Shown: in pieces, positions 29,372-39,562 of the stretch | How the letters are laid out: every line of letters begins with the position of its first letter | How positions within the stretch are numbered: position 1 is the stretch's first letter | Origin: a bacterium | GTDB taxonomy: Bacteria; Patescibacteriota; Andersenbacteria; UBA10190 | Direction of reading: 5' to 3' | Assembly: GCA_043811915.1 (NCBI GenBank) | Contig: JBDRMS010000008.1 | Location: forward strand, 109 to 64,108 | Length of the DNA: 64,000 bases | The notes under the pieces: model-generated | Database searches by the model: none | What the model was told of the DNA's origin: nothing | The model's input: the letters and a program-made list of their open reading frames with translations, nothing else | Program-made: the position numbers and the translations under genes

Positions 29372-31222
29372 ATGAGCTTTCTGCCCACCTTATTTTTAAT
29401 CATCGTCCCTGCCATCTTTGGCACTGCCGTCTTTGCCGCCCTGCGACTGTTTAGAGAAAAAATTATTCTCCTGCTCACCGGAGCAATATCCGGGCTGTCT
29501 CTCACTATATTCCTTACTTATTTTACAACTGCTGTCTTCCCGTTAAGCAACATTACTCTACTCGCCATCCTTCTTATACTCGTGGCCATCACTGCGCTCC
29601 TGCTTATTAAAACCTCGGCCTGGGCTAACTGGCGAGCCTGTCATCTGGATAAAACAACTCTTATCATTTTTGCTGCTCTCGCCGTCCTATCCATACTCAT
29701 TGCTCCCAAGCTTCTTATTACCATGCCAGACGGCAGTCTGCATACCGGAGTGCTCAATGCCTATGGTGATATTGGCTGGCACATGTCAAACATCACAAGC
29801 TTGCAAAACAACAATTCTTTTGTTCCCCAAAACCCAATCTTCGCCTCTACTCCTCTCACTTACCCATTCTTAACTAATTTCTTCTCTACCATGCTGTTGG
29901 AAACCGGTGCCACCCTTAGTCGGTCCATCACTATGCCAACCCTTCTGCTCTTCACTATTACTCTTGTTCTTATCTATTGCTTTGCCCTTAAATTAACTGG
30001 TAAAAAAATAGCCGCCGCGATCACCCTTCTCCTTTTTTTATTCGCCGGTGGCACTGTAGGATGGATACAAATATTTGGTGATTGGCAAGAATCTTCTGGG
30101 ACGCTAATCAATTTCCTCTCCAGCCTTCCCCGCCACTACACCGGACATTCCGACAACCCACTGCAGCTGCATCTCATTAACCCTCTCATCTCCCTGCTGC
30201 TACCCCAACGGTCCTTCCTGTTCGGTATCCCCCTGGCACTAACCCTGCTGCTCCTGCTGCTTCAAACCAAAAGCAGGGGAACCCCGGCACTTATTACCGC
30301 TGGCGTGCTGGCCGGCATCCTACCCCTTTTTCACGCCCACACTGTCCTGACCCTCGTTCCCGCTATTCTGGGCCTGCTCATAATTTATCCCGCCAAGAAA
30401 TGGCTATATTTCTTTTTCACTGCCGGTCTGATTGGAATACCAGGGTTGTTAATCTATCAAGCCGGTTCTTCGTCCTTCTCTTCTCTTTTTAAACTTCAAT
30501 TGGGCTGGATGAGTAGCCCTGACAATTTCTTTATTTACTGGATAAAAAATACCGGCCTTATCATTCCGGCAACTATGCTCGCCATAATTTTACCCGCTCC
30601 GCGCGCTACTAAAGCCTTAGCCATCGCCGGCTTTGTTATTTTCATTGCTGCCAATATTTGGCTCTTTGCCGCCTGGGAATGGGACAACACGAAACTGTTT
30701 GTTTATTGGCTGCTTTTTTCTCTACCTCTTGTCAGCTATCTGTTAGTGAAGTTGTTCCGCTCTTCTTCTCTTGCCTTACGCGGAGTTATTATCGCCTTCT
30801 TTATTTTTCATACTCTGTCCGGCGCCCTTGATGTATTTCAACTAGCCCTGCCAAACTCTCCTACCTGGCAGGTGTGGAGCAAGCATGATGTCGACTTTGC
30901 TCAAGAGATTCGCGCCAATACACAACTTAGCGACACCATTATCACTGCCCCCATTCACAACTCAACCGTAGCCCTTACCGGCCGTCCCCAATATCTCGGT
31001 TACCCTGGCCATGTTTGGACTCATGGTGGTAACCACTGGAACAGAGAAGCTGCCACTAGGCAATTCTACGAAGGTAAAATCGACACCTTACCGGAAACTA
31101 CCGTCACTCACGTCCTGGTCGGACCAGCTGAAAAATCCATGTACCCTTCCCTCAAAATACGCCCCGACTGGCAGCTGGTTATTCAGCAAAACGGATACGT
31201 CCTCTATAAACTCCGCCAATAA
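29372..31222 (+). CDS. Large polytopic membrane protein, probable GT-C fold
   Basis: GDIGWH, YPFL, PQR, WDNTKL, LTGR..YLGYPGHVWTHG. Confidence 0.7.
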   Translation: MSFLPTLFLIIVPAIFGTAVFAALRLFREKIILLLTGAISGLSLTIFLTYFTTAVFPLSNITLLAILLILVAITALLLIKTSAWANWRACHLDKTTLIIFAALAVLSILIAPKLLITMPDGSLHTGVLNAYGDIGWHMSNITSLQNNNSFVPQNPIFASTPLTYPFLTNFFSTMLLETGATLSRSITMPTLLLFTITLVLIYCFALKLTGKKIAAAITLLLFLFAGGTVGWIQIFGDWQESSGTLINFLSSLPRHYTGHSDNPLQLHLINPLISLLLPQRSFLFGIPLALTLLLLLLQTKSRGTPALITAGVLAGILPLFHAHTVLTLVPAILGLLIIYPAKKWLYFFFTAGLIGIPGLLIYQAGSSSFSSLFKLQLGWMSSPDNFFIYWIKNTGLIIPATMLAIILPAPRATKALAIAGFVIFIAANIWLFAAWEWDNTKLFVYWLLFSLPLVSYLLVKLFRSSSLALRGVIIAFFIFHTLSGALDVFQLALPNSPTWQVWSKHDVDFAQEIRANTQLSDTIITAPIHNSTVALTGRPQYLGYPGHVWTHGGNHWNREAATRQFYEGKIDTLPETTVTHVLVGPAEKSMYPSLKIRPDWQLVIQQNGYVLYKLRQ

Positions 31223-32142
31223 TCTAAAATATCTTTCAGTGATTTATCCAAAAAAATAGTTGGCCGCCAGGCAGCAGCTTTCTTCAACTTGGTTGCATCT
31301 CCAACCATCACCGGCATATCTGATGGACGCATAAGTTTTTCATCCTGCTCCACTGTTATTTCAACTTCACTTAACTTCAACAATTTGTCTAAAATATGCT
31401 GGATACTGACTGCTTCGCCCGACGCCACATTATACACCTCCCCGCACACCCCTCTCTCCATCAGCAGTCGGTATGCGCACACGACATCGCGCACATCAGT
31501 GAAGTCTCTTTTCGCCTCCAGATTTCCTACTTTCAAAACCGGCTTTTGTTTGCCCCGCTCTATCGCCGCAATCTGTGAAGCAAAATCAGCCGTCACAAAA
31601 CCCAAACTCTGACCTGGGCCAATATGGGGAAATGGCCGCACCCGGAGGACTCGATCATTAAAATCCCGCTCTATTATCTTTTCCATCTCCCACTTAGTCT
31701 GCGCATATGTATTGCGCGGCCTGGCCTGCTCCAAAGAAAGTTCCACTAGGGGATTATTATTTTCCTGCCCGCCATAGATATCCGCCGAACTGGCCACTAA
31801 CACACAAGTATCGGGGCTGATTTGCTTAACTTCTTCAAGCAACTGCCGTGTTCCCTCTACGTTAACCCGCCACGCATACTCTTCGTTTTGCGACGCTAGA
31901 GCCGCTGACGGTACCGCCGCCAAATGGACTATCCACGCCGGCTGCCCCGCCTGTAAACTTTCCCTATATGACTCCGGATCTGTAATATCGATTTTCACTC
32001 CCTTAACATAGTCAGGCATTCCTTCAACAGAGCGATCCCAGACAATTACTTCTGTATCTGGTGTTTCCTTCCTCAACTCGCTAATCAAGTGTCGGCCGAC
32101 AAAACCATTCCCGCCAGTAATAACAACAGTTTCTCCTCTCAT
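31204..32142 (-). CDS. GDP-4-keto-6-deoxy-D-mannose reductase-like SDR (Rmd-like)
   Basis: TGGNGFVG, YAQTK, RPFPHIGPGQ, GNLEAKRDFTDVRDVV; follows gmd. Confidence 0.8.
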   Translation of the reverse strand: MRGETVVITGGNGFVGRHLISELRKETPDTEVIVWDRSVEGMPDYVKGVKIDITDPESYRESLQAGQPAWIVHLAAVPSAALASQNEEYAWRVNVEGTRQLLEEVKQISPDTCVLVASSADIYGGQENNNPLVELSLEQARPRNTYAQTKWEMEKIIERDFNDRVLRVRPFPHIGPGQSLGFVTADFASQIAAIERGKQKPVLKVGNLEAKRDFTDVRDVVCAYRLLMERGVCGEVYNVASGEAVSIQHILDKLLKLSEVEITVEQDEKLMRPSDMPVMVGDATKLKKAAAWRPTIFLDKSLKDILDYWRSL

Positions 32143-32144
32143 AA

Positions 32145-32179
32145 TTACCAGTTGCCAGTCACTAGTTACCAGTTACCGT
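32145..32179. repeat. Five heptamer tandem units (TTACCAG-like)
   Basis: TTACCAG TTGCCAG TCACTAG TTACCAG TTACCGT; contains the gmd stop codon. Confidence 0.8.
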
Positions 32180-33151
32180 ATAACGATTGTCGACTTTCAA
32201 TTTTTCCAGCTCCGCCTCCACCATCATGGCCACCAGTTCCGGAAATCTAACTTTCGGCTCCCAACCCAATTTTTCTTTTGCCTTGGTCGGGTCAGCCAGC
32301 AACTTGTCCACCTCTGCCGGGCGCATATACCTCTCATCCTGTGTAACATAGTCACGCCAATTCAATCCCACATACTGAAACGCCAATTCCACCAGCTCCT
32401 GCACCGAGTGATTTTTTCCCGTTCCAATCACAAAATCCTCCGGTTTATCCTGCTGCAACATCAGCCACATCATCTCCACGTAGTCGCCGGCAAACCCCCA
32501 GTCACGCCTGGACTCCAGATTACCCATTTGCAGCTCTTTCTGTAGCCCCATTTTAATGCGCGCCGCACCTTTCGCTACTTTGCGCGTCACAAATTCCTCT
32601 CCTCGACGCGGAGATTCATGGTTAAAAAGTATCCCAGAGCAAGCAAACATGCCATAGCTCTCCCTGAAGTTGACCGTAATCCAATGCCCATACACCTTGG
32701 CTACTCCATATGGACTACGCGGGTAAAAGGATGTTTTTTCATTCTGTGGCGACTCCACCACCTTGCCAAACATCTCACTGCTGCTGGCCTGGTAGAAACG
32801 GGCCTCCGGCTTTACTGTCTTTATTGCTTCCAGCATTCGCGTTACCCCCAAGCCTGTCACATCTCCCGTTAGTTCCGCCAGATCCCAGCTCGACTTTACA
32901 AAAGACTGTGCCCCCAGATTGTAAACCTCGTCCGGCTCGGACATCTCCACCGCCCGATACAGGGAAGTGCTATCCGACAGGTCACCGGTTATCATCTCAA
33001 ATTTATCCAGAATGTGTTCAACATTCTCATATTGATTCGTGGCGCTCCTTTGCACCAGGCCAAACACTTTATAACCCTTATTCAATAATAACTCCGCTAA
33101 ATACGAGCCATCCTGACCCGTAATACCCGTTATTAATGCATGCTTAGACAT
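32162..33151 (-). CDS. gmd: GDP-mannose 4,6-dehydratase
   Basis: [43 protein letters not shown]. Start at MSKHAL. Confidence 0.97.
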   Translation of the reverse strand: MSKHALITGITGQDGSYLAELLLNKGYKVFGLVQRSATNQYENVEHILDKFEMITGDLSDSTSLYRAVEMSEPDEVYNLGAQSFVKSSWDLAELTGDVTGLGVTRMLEAIKTVKPEARFYQASSSEMFGKVVESPQNEKTSFYPRSPYGVAKVYGHWITVNFRESYGMFACSGILFNHESPRRGEEFVTRKVAKGAARIKMGLQKELQMGNLESRRDWGFAGDYVEMMWLMLQQDKPEDFVIGTGKNHSVQELVELAFQYVGLNWRDYVTQDERYMRPAEVDKLLADPTKAKEKLGWEPKVRFPELVAMMVEAELEKLKVDNRYTVTGN

Positions 33152-33203
33152 GACCTTACAAATACTGTATTCTAAGCCGAATGTCAAAAATAATCTTGAA
33201 AAT

Positions 33204-34112
33204 ATGAACGGTGTTCTCATCATCGACAAACCAGCCGACATAACCTCGCATGATGTTGTAGAACAGGTACGTCGAGTAACGGGTATTAAGAAAATAGGGC
33301 ATGGCGGCACGCTCGATCCTTTCGCTACCGGAGTCCTTCTTATTCTCGTCGGCAGTACTACCCGTCTGATGGAATACATCAATATGATGTCTAAAACTTA
33401 TGCTGCCGAAATCACTTTAGGCGCCACCAGCGATACTGATGATATCACCGGCGAAATTTTAAAATCCAAAACGCGCGCCGGGAAAACACCAGAGGCGCGC
33501 GCCGCTCTAGTCAGCTTCCTCGGCCGACAGCAACAAACACCTCCCTCGTATTCCGCCATAAAAGTTAAAGGGCAAAAAGCTTACCAGGCAGCCAGGAAGG
33601 GGACACCCCTCAAATTAAAACCGAGAGTCGTTAATATATACAATATTCAACTCATCGACTATCAATATCCCGTCTTGTCCCTCACAGTCACTTGCAGTTC
33701 CGGCACCTACATTCGGGCTCTGGCCCGTGACATCGGCGAAAAGCTAAAAACCGGAGCTTATTTATCAAAACTATGCAGAACATCAATAGAATTAAGCCTA
33801 ACAAAGCCAAATAAAAATATGAAACAAAAATTTACTTTAGAAAACGCAGTTAAATTAGATCAACTCACAGCCAGTAACCTCACCTCGCATTTATTACCAC
33901 CATCAACACTGGTAGCTCATCTGCCATTAATTATCCTCTCTCAATCCAACGTCGCACAACTTAGAAACGGTCAAAAGATAGAGTGGGGAAGTACTAACCT
34001 TACATGGTCCCCCGAGCAGCCAATCGCCTTGTTTACCAAAGATAACCAGCTAATCGGCATCGGCCACTTTGACCCTGCCACCAGGCTCCTCTCCCCTAAG
34101 AAAATCCTCTGA
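33204..34112 (+). CDS. truB: tRNA pseudouridine(55) synthase
   Basis: [36 protein letters not shown]. Confidence 0.97.
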   Translation: MNGVLIIDKPADITSHDVVEQVRRVTGIKKIGHGGTLDPFATGVLLILVGSTTRLMEYINMMSKTYAAEITLGATSDTDDITGEILKSKTRAGKTPEARAALVSFLGRQQQTPPSYSAIKVKGQKAYQAARKGTPLKLKPRVVNIYNIQLIDYQYPVLSLTVTCSSGTYIRALARDIGEKLKTGAYLSKLCRTSIELSLTKPNKNMKQKFTLENAVKLDQLTASNLTSHLLPPSTLVAHLPLIILSQSNVAQLRNGQKIEWGSTNLTWSPEQPIALFTKDNQLIGIGHFDPATRLLSPKKIL

Positions 34113-34159
34113 TTTGCTTTTTCCGTCTACTTCCCTCATAATCACTATCACAATATTCC

Positions 34160-34420
34160 ATGCCCCAGACTCAATCAGCTTTAAAAGCCCTCCGGGGAAA
34201 TCACGCCAGACGCATCATAAACGATCGCTGGCGCAAGAAAGTCCGTGTTGCCTTACGTGCCGTCCGGGATGCCGTTACCGCCAAAGACAAGAAAACCGCC
34301 GCCGCCGCTTACGATAAATTTCAAAGCACCATCGACCGTGCCGCCCGCCGCAACATCATTCACCCCAACAAAGTTGCCCGACAAAAAAAGCGCCTGCAAA
34401 AAACCATCACTTCCCTTTAA
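34160..34420 (+). CDS. rpsT: 30S ribosomal protein S20
   Basis: MPQTQSALK...IDRAARRNIIHPNKVARQKKRL. Confidence 0.95.
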   Translation: MPQTQSALKALRGNHARRIINDRWRKKVRVALRAVRDAVTAKDKKTAAAAYDKFQSTIDRAARRNIIHPNKVARQKKRLQKTITSL

Positions 34421-35324
34421 CCAGATTCAGCACCAGCATCATCAGACCAGTGCGCTGGTCTACTTTTCCCTGCTTGATAGAAAAATCCGCGGCCAAAATA
34501 CGCGTTAAGGCTCCGCGCAAGAATCCTACCGGGAAGCGCTGCGCGTGAGCATAATTTTTCTGCACAGAGTAAGGCTTCATCCTGTTCTCTTTTGCTATGA
34601 CCGCCTGCATCTGGTTTTTATCAATTCCGCGCCGCACTGCCAACAATGTACGAAACTGATAGGCTAACATCGACAATATATAAAATTCACTATTTCCTTC
34701 ATCCAACAAAATTTCAATACTGCGAATTGCACTTCGTTTATCGCCCCGCGTCAGCGCATCAAGCATGGAAAATACTTCTGCTATCGGTGCCTCTGGCACC
34801 GCCGCTAGCACATCACTGACTGTAATACGCTCTCGCATCACCAATAATTTTTCCAGCTCCGCTACCAAACCCCAACCATCAGTGCCCACCCGTTCCACCA
34901 GCTCCCGCGCCGCTGCCTCGTCAATTTGTCCCCCCCGCTCTTCAGCTTGAACTTTGAGCCACGCCGCCGCCGCTCCAGGCGACATTAATTCAAATTCCCG
35001 CCCCTTTTCTCTTAACTTCTTATACACCGCCAGCCGCTTATCCGGCTTTCCCCGATCCCACAATACACACGAAGCCGCCCCTTGCTCTACGGCAATCAAA
35101 ATATCACCTTGCAAAGACGCCGGCATATCAGCGATATCCCGAACAACCAGTAACTCCTGGCCAAATAAACCCCTGGTCGCCCCCTTGCCTAACAACTCGC
35201 CGGCTCCAGCCTCTTCAAAATCAGTTCTGTCAAGCCAGCGCACCCGCGCCTTCTTTTCCTCTGCCAGTTTATCAATTTCCCGCCGCGCCCTGTACGTATC
35301 CTCCCCGTAAAAATAATGAATCAC
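34407..35324 (-). CDS. holA: DNA polymerase III delta subunit
   Basis: YFYGED, ELEKL, ILSMLAYQFR, ADFSIKQG; adjacent to rpsT. Confidence 0.9.
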   Translation of the reverse strand: MIHYFYGEDTYRARREIDKLAEEKKARVRWLDRTDFEEAGAGELLGKGATRGLFGQELLVVRDIADMPASLQGDILIAVEQGAASCVLWDRGKPDKRLAVYKKLREKGREFELMSPGAAAAWLKVQAEERGGQIDEAAARELVERVGTDGWGLVAELEKLLVMRERITVSDVLAAVPEAPIAEVFSMLDALTRGDKRSAIRSIEILLDEGNSEFYILSMLAYQFRTLLAVRRGIDKNQMQAVIAKENRMKPYSVQKNYAHAQRFPVGFLRGALTRILAADFSIKQGKVDQRTGLMMLVLNLVKGK

Positions 35325-36535
35325 GGCAACACTGAATCACTCGGCGACGCTGCTGGAGATACTTCTGTCAATTCCCAAGTAACATCAATATCAGGCTCTA
35401 CCACCATCACCCATATTTGCCCCCTGGTAAACTTTATATTTTCGCCTCTCTCATCCATAAAGTGCACCGGGTCATTTTTGTGTAACACGTCCTTTCGCCA
35501 CGTCCCTTTTATCACCCCACCACCCTGGTACACCACCGCCTCGCCCTCTCCTTCAACATCCACGTCATTGTAACCTCCGGGACCATCGGCATACTGATTA
35601 TTCGCCCGCATAACAATCACCACGCTGGGCGCCACTGCCTCCTTGCCCCCTCCTCCGTCAAGCTGCTTGGTGCCTCCCCAATAACGCTCATATCGATTAG
35701 TCTCCTTGTTGTATTCATAATGCACCCGGTAAATTCCCGGCCAGTTTATAGACAACGTTCCCCCCGCCGGCCGCTGATCATACGCTTCGTCATCCTTAAA
35801 ATCATATTCGTTAAATTTAGTCGTCGTTCTGTATTCCAATTTAGTCAGCGCATCCCACAAATTATCATACGTAGTAAACCCATTGTACGGCGCCGGCAGG
35901 TGATTTTTTCTAAAGTACGCCCCAAACGGATTGGTTAACGCGTTAATAGTATCGAACTCCCCCGCCGCAATACGATTAAGCGCATGATAGCTGCCGCCCC
36001 AATGGGCCATGACTGCGTCGGTACCTTCTGCCAGAAACAGATAATCATGCCGCGCCGAACGCACCGAGCCAATATCATCCGGCCGCCCGCACTGATAAAC
36101 CGCCATTAATCTGATTACGTCACTTATCAGCACCGGCAGCTCCCACACCATGTCCGCTTCCGCAAAACCAGACACCGGACGGGTGATCGGGTCCGAAGCC
36201 AGCATCACCGCTATCGGACGCCGGTCCGCCTCCTCGCAAGAACGGCCAGACAAACCACTGATTGCTGCCCGCCGGTCACTGTCCAGGGCTTCGGGCAACA
36301 AACCAAAGCTCTTTTCCCCGTTCTCGCTGGCTCGCCCCCCCGACCAGATCATTGCCAGCAACACCGCCAAAATCGCCAGCAATACCGCCAGGCTGCCTCC
36401 CAATATTAACCACTTTTTTTCTATTCTATTTTTTTCAGTCTTAGCCGCTTCCCTGTCAAGACCAACCACCACGTCAGAACGCAAGTCCACTTTTCCCGAC
36501 ACCTCGTTTGATGGCTTCTCTCCTTTCTCACTCAT
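35321..36535 (-). CDS. DUF3048 domain membrane-anchored protein
   Basis: RPIAVM, ADMVWE, GSVRSAR, HWGGS, APYN, GQIWV. Confidence 0.85.
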   Translation of the reverse strand: MSEKGEKPSNEVSGKVDLRSDVVVGLDREAAKTEKNRIEKKWLILGGSLAVLLAILAVLLAMIWSGGRASENGEKSFGLLPEALDSDRRAAISGLSGRSCEEADRRPIAVMLASDPITRPVSGFAEADMVWELPVLISDVIRLMAVYQCGRPDDIGSVRSARHDYLFLAEGTDAVMAHWGGSYHALNRIAAGEFDTINALTNPFGAYFRKNHLPAPYNGFTTYDNLWDALTKLEYRTTTKFNEYDFKDDEAYDQRPAGGTLSINWPGIYRVHYEYNKETNRYERYWGGTKQLDGGGGKEAVAPSVVIVMRANNQYADGPGGYNDVDVEGEGEAVVYQGGGVIKGTWRKDVLHKNDPVHFMDERGENIKFTRGQIWVMVVEPDIDVTWELTEVSPAASPSDSVLP

Positions 36536-36580
36536 AAAATGTATGCGAAAATTCTACCATAGTCGCTTCCTCAATCACAA

Positions 36581-39073
36581 TCAGCTTACGTCAAACAACG
36601 ATTCACTCAAATAGTCACTGCTTCCTCCCGGCTCTTCGCCAGCAGTGCCATTAACACCCTTGTTATAATTAAATCTCTCTAAAATCTGCTCCTCGACCTG
36701 CTCTACCGGCCGTCCATATTTCTCGCTCGAAAATTGCTGCACTTTATCACGTATTCTCGCGTCTCCTCCGCTCGGGGGCGGCGCCGCCATCAGACTAAAC
36801 GGCCGCTGCGGCGTCCCCGCCACTAACAATCGCATTATGGCCACGAATCGTTCAAGGTTTAGTAAGTCATACTCGCCAAAAACCGGCTCAAACTGCTTCG
36901 CCAGTATTTCCGTGTCTTCCGGCCCCACCCTGTATGCCACCATTGTCCCCACATTACCAAACACTGCCTCTCTAATTTTGTCTTCCAGCTGTCGTATAAA
37001 TTGGTGCGTTAAGTTCAGATTGAGTTTGTACTTGCGTGCCTCCGACAAAACAGTCACAATACTGTCCGTCGTAAAATTCTGAAATTCGTCCAGGTACAAG
37101 TAAAAATCAGGCCTCTTTTCCTCCGGCATGTTAGCTCGGGCCAAAGCTGCTATTTGAATTTTCGACACTAGAACAAACCCTAGCAGGTCAGAATTAATAT
37201 CCCCCAGCGACCCTTTCGACAAATTACACAATAAAATCTTACGCGTATCCATAATCTCCCGCATATCAAAGGATGAACTCGACTGCCCAATCATATTGCG
37301 CATTGTCTTATTGCTGACAAAACGTCCTAGTTTACTAATCACATAACTCAACATGTCAGCCGACATTTGTCCCTTCTGCGACTGTTGAAACTCCTGCTCC
37401 CAAAACTGCTTCACCGTTGGATTTGTATTGTTTTCAAGTACTCGCTCCCGAAACTTTTCGTCCACAAACATACGCGGCACATCAACCAGCGTGGCCCCCT
37501 TGTCTTCCACCAGTGCCAACAAAGCATTGCGCAGGTAATGTTCAAACATAGGACCAATCGACTCCGGGTTCAGTCGTGCCGCCAGTTTCTGTAAAATCTG
37601 CACCACCTCATTAACCACCAGGTCTTTTTGTATCTCATCACGTACCTCCAGAATATTAAAGCCCAGCGGTCGCTCCTGGTCTCTAGGATCAAACAAGACC
37701 ACATCCTCCACTCGCTCCGGCGGGACTCGCAATAAAATATCTTCAATTAAATCTCCGTGCGGGTCTACCACTCCCACTCCGTGACCGGCCCTCATGTCCT
37801 GCTCCACCATATTCAAAAACAGTGTTGTTTTTCCTGTTCCTGTTTGGCCAATCACATAGAAATGCCGCCGCCTGTCATCCGAAGCAAAATATACTGGCGT
37901 CTTTACTCCCCGGTACACATTATCGCCTAACAGCACACCTTCTTGTTTCAAATTATTTGGCGCCGGAGCTATTTTAGCCCCCCGCCATAACACATGCGGT
38001 GTCTCCGTCGTCGGTAGGGGAAAATGAAAAACCGAGGCCAGCTCCGCTACAGACAGCGTGCTGGCCGTGCGCTCCCGCGGCATCCGCCAAACCAGATCGC
38101 GCAGAAACTTACGTGAAAGTCCGGCTCGCCTTGCTACCAATCCATTCAAGTCCGGCAGGTCATACTGCGCAAAAGCGCCAACCATCGCACCAAAAATTCT
38201 CTCTGCCTCCTCTGCCTCCCGGGCCGATACTCCCACTCTGATATTCACCGCAAACTGCTGCTGCGCTTGCTTGTCTTCCACCAGCTCCACCCGCTGTTCT
38301 GCCCGCGGTGTCAGTTGCGCCGCTTTAGATTCCGCTTTCTCCCGTTGTTGTTCCGTCTTCATCACCCGGCCGCTCACTCCAGTAAATCCCCGCTTCACGC
38401 CAACATCTCCCTGTTCTCCCCGTACTGTCCGCCTGGCCGCCTCCCGTCCTCGCCGCCGCACATTTCCTTTGGCCACCCGGCACACTAATTGCAACACCGC
38501 CGCATCCTTCTCCTGTATTTTAGCCAGCGCCCCCGTCAATGCCTGCAGCGGATCTGCTCCCAGCTCTTTATATGTTGCCATCGGCAAATGCTGCTTCCCC
38601 CGCAGCCTTAAATACCCGGCCCGAATAGTGTCTCCCGGCTCAAACACAGTATACCCCTCCGCCTCCTGCACCTCTGCTTCAGGATACAAAGCGTATATCT
38701 GTTTCTCTATGTGGTCCAGAAAACGCCTCTCCGTCCCTACCTGGAACACAATCATGCCATCGGGACGCGCCACAATTTCAAACACAATCAACGGCCGGCC
38801 ATACAACCAGCGATCCGTTGTGGTCACCGGCAACTTCACCAGAGTTGTTAAAAACTGCTCTGCCACACTAATTTTTTCCCTTAATTCCTCAATCGGGGTG
38901 TCTTTGGCTTCGCCCGTCTTTACATCTTTTGGTAATAATACCTGCAGCATAGTAACGTCCAGCGCCCGGCGCAGCAGCGCCCGTTCCCGTAATGTTCTTG
39001 CCAATAACCAGGTTGCCATAGTTGCTGCCGCCGTCAGAACCAGGCTAATCAATATTGCCAGCATCACAGACAT
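36581..39073 (-). CDS. VirB4/TraD-like (DUF87/HerA-FtsK superfamily) ATPase with N-terminal TM
   Basis: DRRRHFYVIGQTGTGKT, DPHGDL, LYLDEFQNF, LSEARKY. Confidence 0.88.
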   Translation of the reverse strand: MSVMLAILISLVLTAAATMATWLLARTLRERALLRRALDVTMLQVLLPKDVKTGEAKDTPIEELREKISVAEQFLTTLVKLPVTTTDRWLYGRPLIVFEIVARPDGMIVFQVGTERRFLDHIEKQIYALYPEAEVQEAEGYTVFEPGDTIRAGYLRLRGKQHLPMATYKELGADPLQALTGALAKIQEKDAAVLQLVCRVAKGNVRRRGREAARRTVRGEQGDVGVKRGFTGVSGRVMKTEQQREKAESKAAQLTPRAEQRVELVEDKQAQQQFAVNIRVGVSAREAEEAERIFGAMVGAFAQYDLPDLNGLVARRAGLSRKFLRDLVWRMPRERTASTLSVAELASVFHFPLPTTETPHVLWRGAKIAPAPNNLKQEGVLLGDNVYRGVKTPVYFASDDRRRHFYVIGQTGTGKTTLFLNMVEQDMRAGHGVGVVDPHGDLIEDILLRVPPERVEDVVLFDPRDQERPLGFNILEVRDEIQKDLVVNEVVQILQKLAARLNPESIGPMFEHYLRNALLALVEDKGATLVDVPRMFVDEKFRERVLENNTNPTVKQFWEQEFQQSQKGQMSADMLSYVISKLGRFVSNKTMRNMIGQSSSSFDMREIMDTRKILLCNLSKGSLGDINSDLLGFVLVSKIQIAALARANMPEEKRPDFYLYLDEFQNFTTDSIVTVLSEARKYKLNLNLTHQFIRQLEDKIREAVFGNVGTMVAYRVGPEDTEILAKQFEPVFGEYDLLNLERFVAIMRLLVAGTPQRPFSLMAAPPPSGGDARIRDKVQQFSSEKYGRPVEQVEEQILERFNYNKGVNGTAGEEPGGSSDYLSESLFDVS

Positions 39074-39076
39074 ATC

Positions 39077-39562
39077 TTAAGCGCTAATAATAAATAAAAT
39101 AAAAATCAGCAGCAACGTCACAACTATAATTATCACTCCAGTTTTAACCGGCCAGGAAAAAACTTTTTGCCTGTTTATTCCCCGCTGTTGTATAGCCTCA
39201 TACAATTCTCCCGTTAGCACATCATGCAATAAATCAACATTACGCGGGTAGTTGCCGCTCTTCCGCGCCCGCCCCAGGGCCATCGCCAGGTCCTGGTCAA
39301 AAGCCATATTCACCAGGCCCTGCACCTCTGCATGTTCTTCCCTGGTGTGCTCCCATGGACGCGACAGCGTTCCGACTGCCTCGCCCTGGCGAGCAAACTC
39401 CCTTGCCACTTCCTGCCCCACTGCCTCCCGTTGCCTTACCACCCCCGGCCCCGACTCCCGCCGCATCCTTTCCCCCACTTGCTCCTTAAACTCCTGCGCC
39501 TCCTCCGGCGTAGAAAAAATCAACGTCTCCTTTCCTTCCGGCTGTCGCTCTCGCCCTGTCAT
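39077..39562 (-). CDS. Hypothetical protein with C-terminal TM
   Basis: 161 aa, translationally coupled in the ATPase operon. Confidence 0.7.
   Translation of the reverse strand: MTGRERQPEGKETLIFSTPEEAQEFKEQVGERMRRESGPGVVRQREAVGQEVAREFARQGEAVGTLSRPWEHTREEHAEVQGLVNMAFDQDLAMALGRARKSGNYPRNVDLLHDVLTGELYEAIQQRGINRQKVFSWPVKTGVIIIVVTLLLIFILFIISA

Noticed and set aside
33152-33382. Apparent long overlap of gmd and truB; N-terminal extensions of 50413 and 60595
   Set aside because: Artefacts of longest-ORF calling; conserved starts are 33151, 33204, 50581 and 60733.
33473-33510. GCGCGCC/GGCGCGC inverted repeat in truB
   Set aside because: Only 7 bp, explained by Arg/Ala codons; the segment length looks normal.
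36581-39073. Conjugative element or ICE
   Set aside because: No relaxase, integrase or other T4SS genes; embedded among core genes.
38058-39080. Long antisense ORFs (also 49224-50261, 16391-16954, 60850-61485)
   Set aside because: Shadows of well-supported genes on the other strand, with no recognisable motifs.
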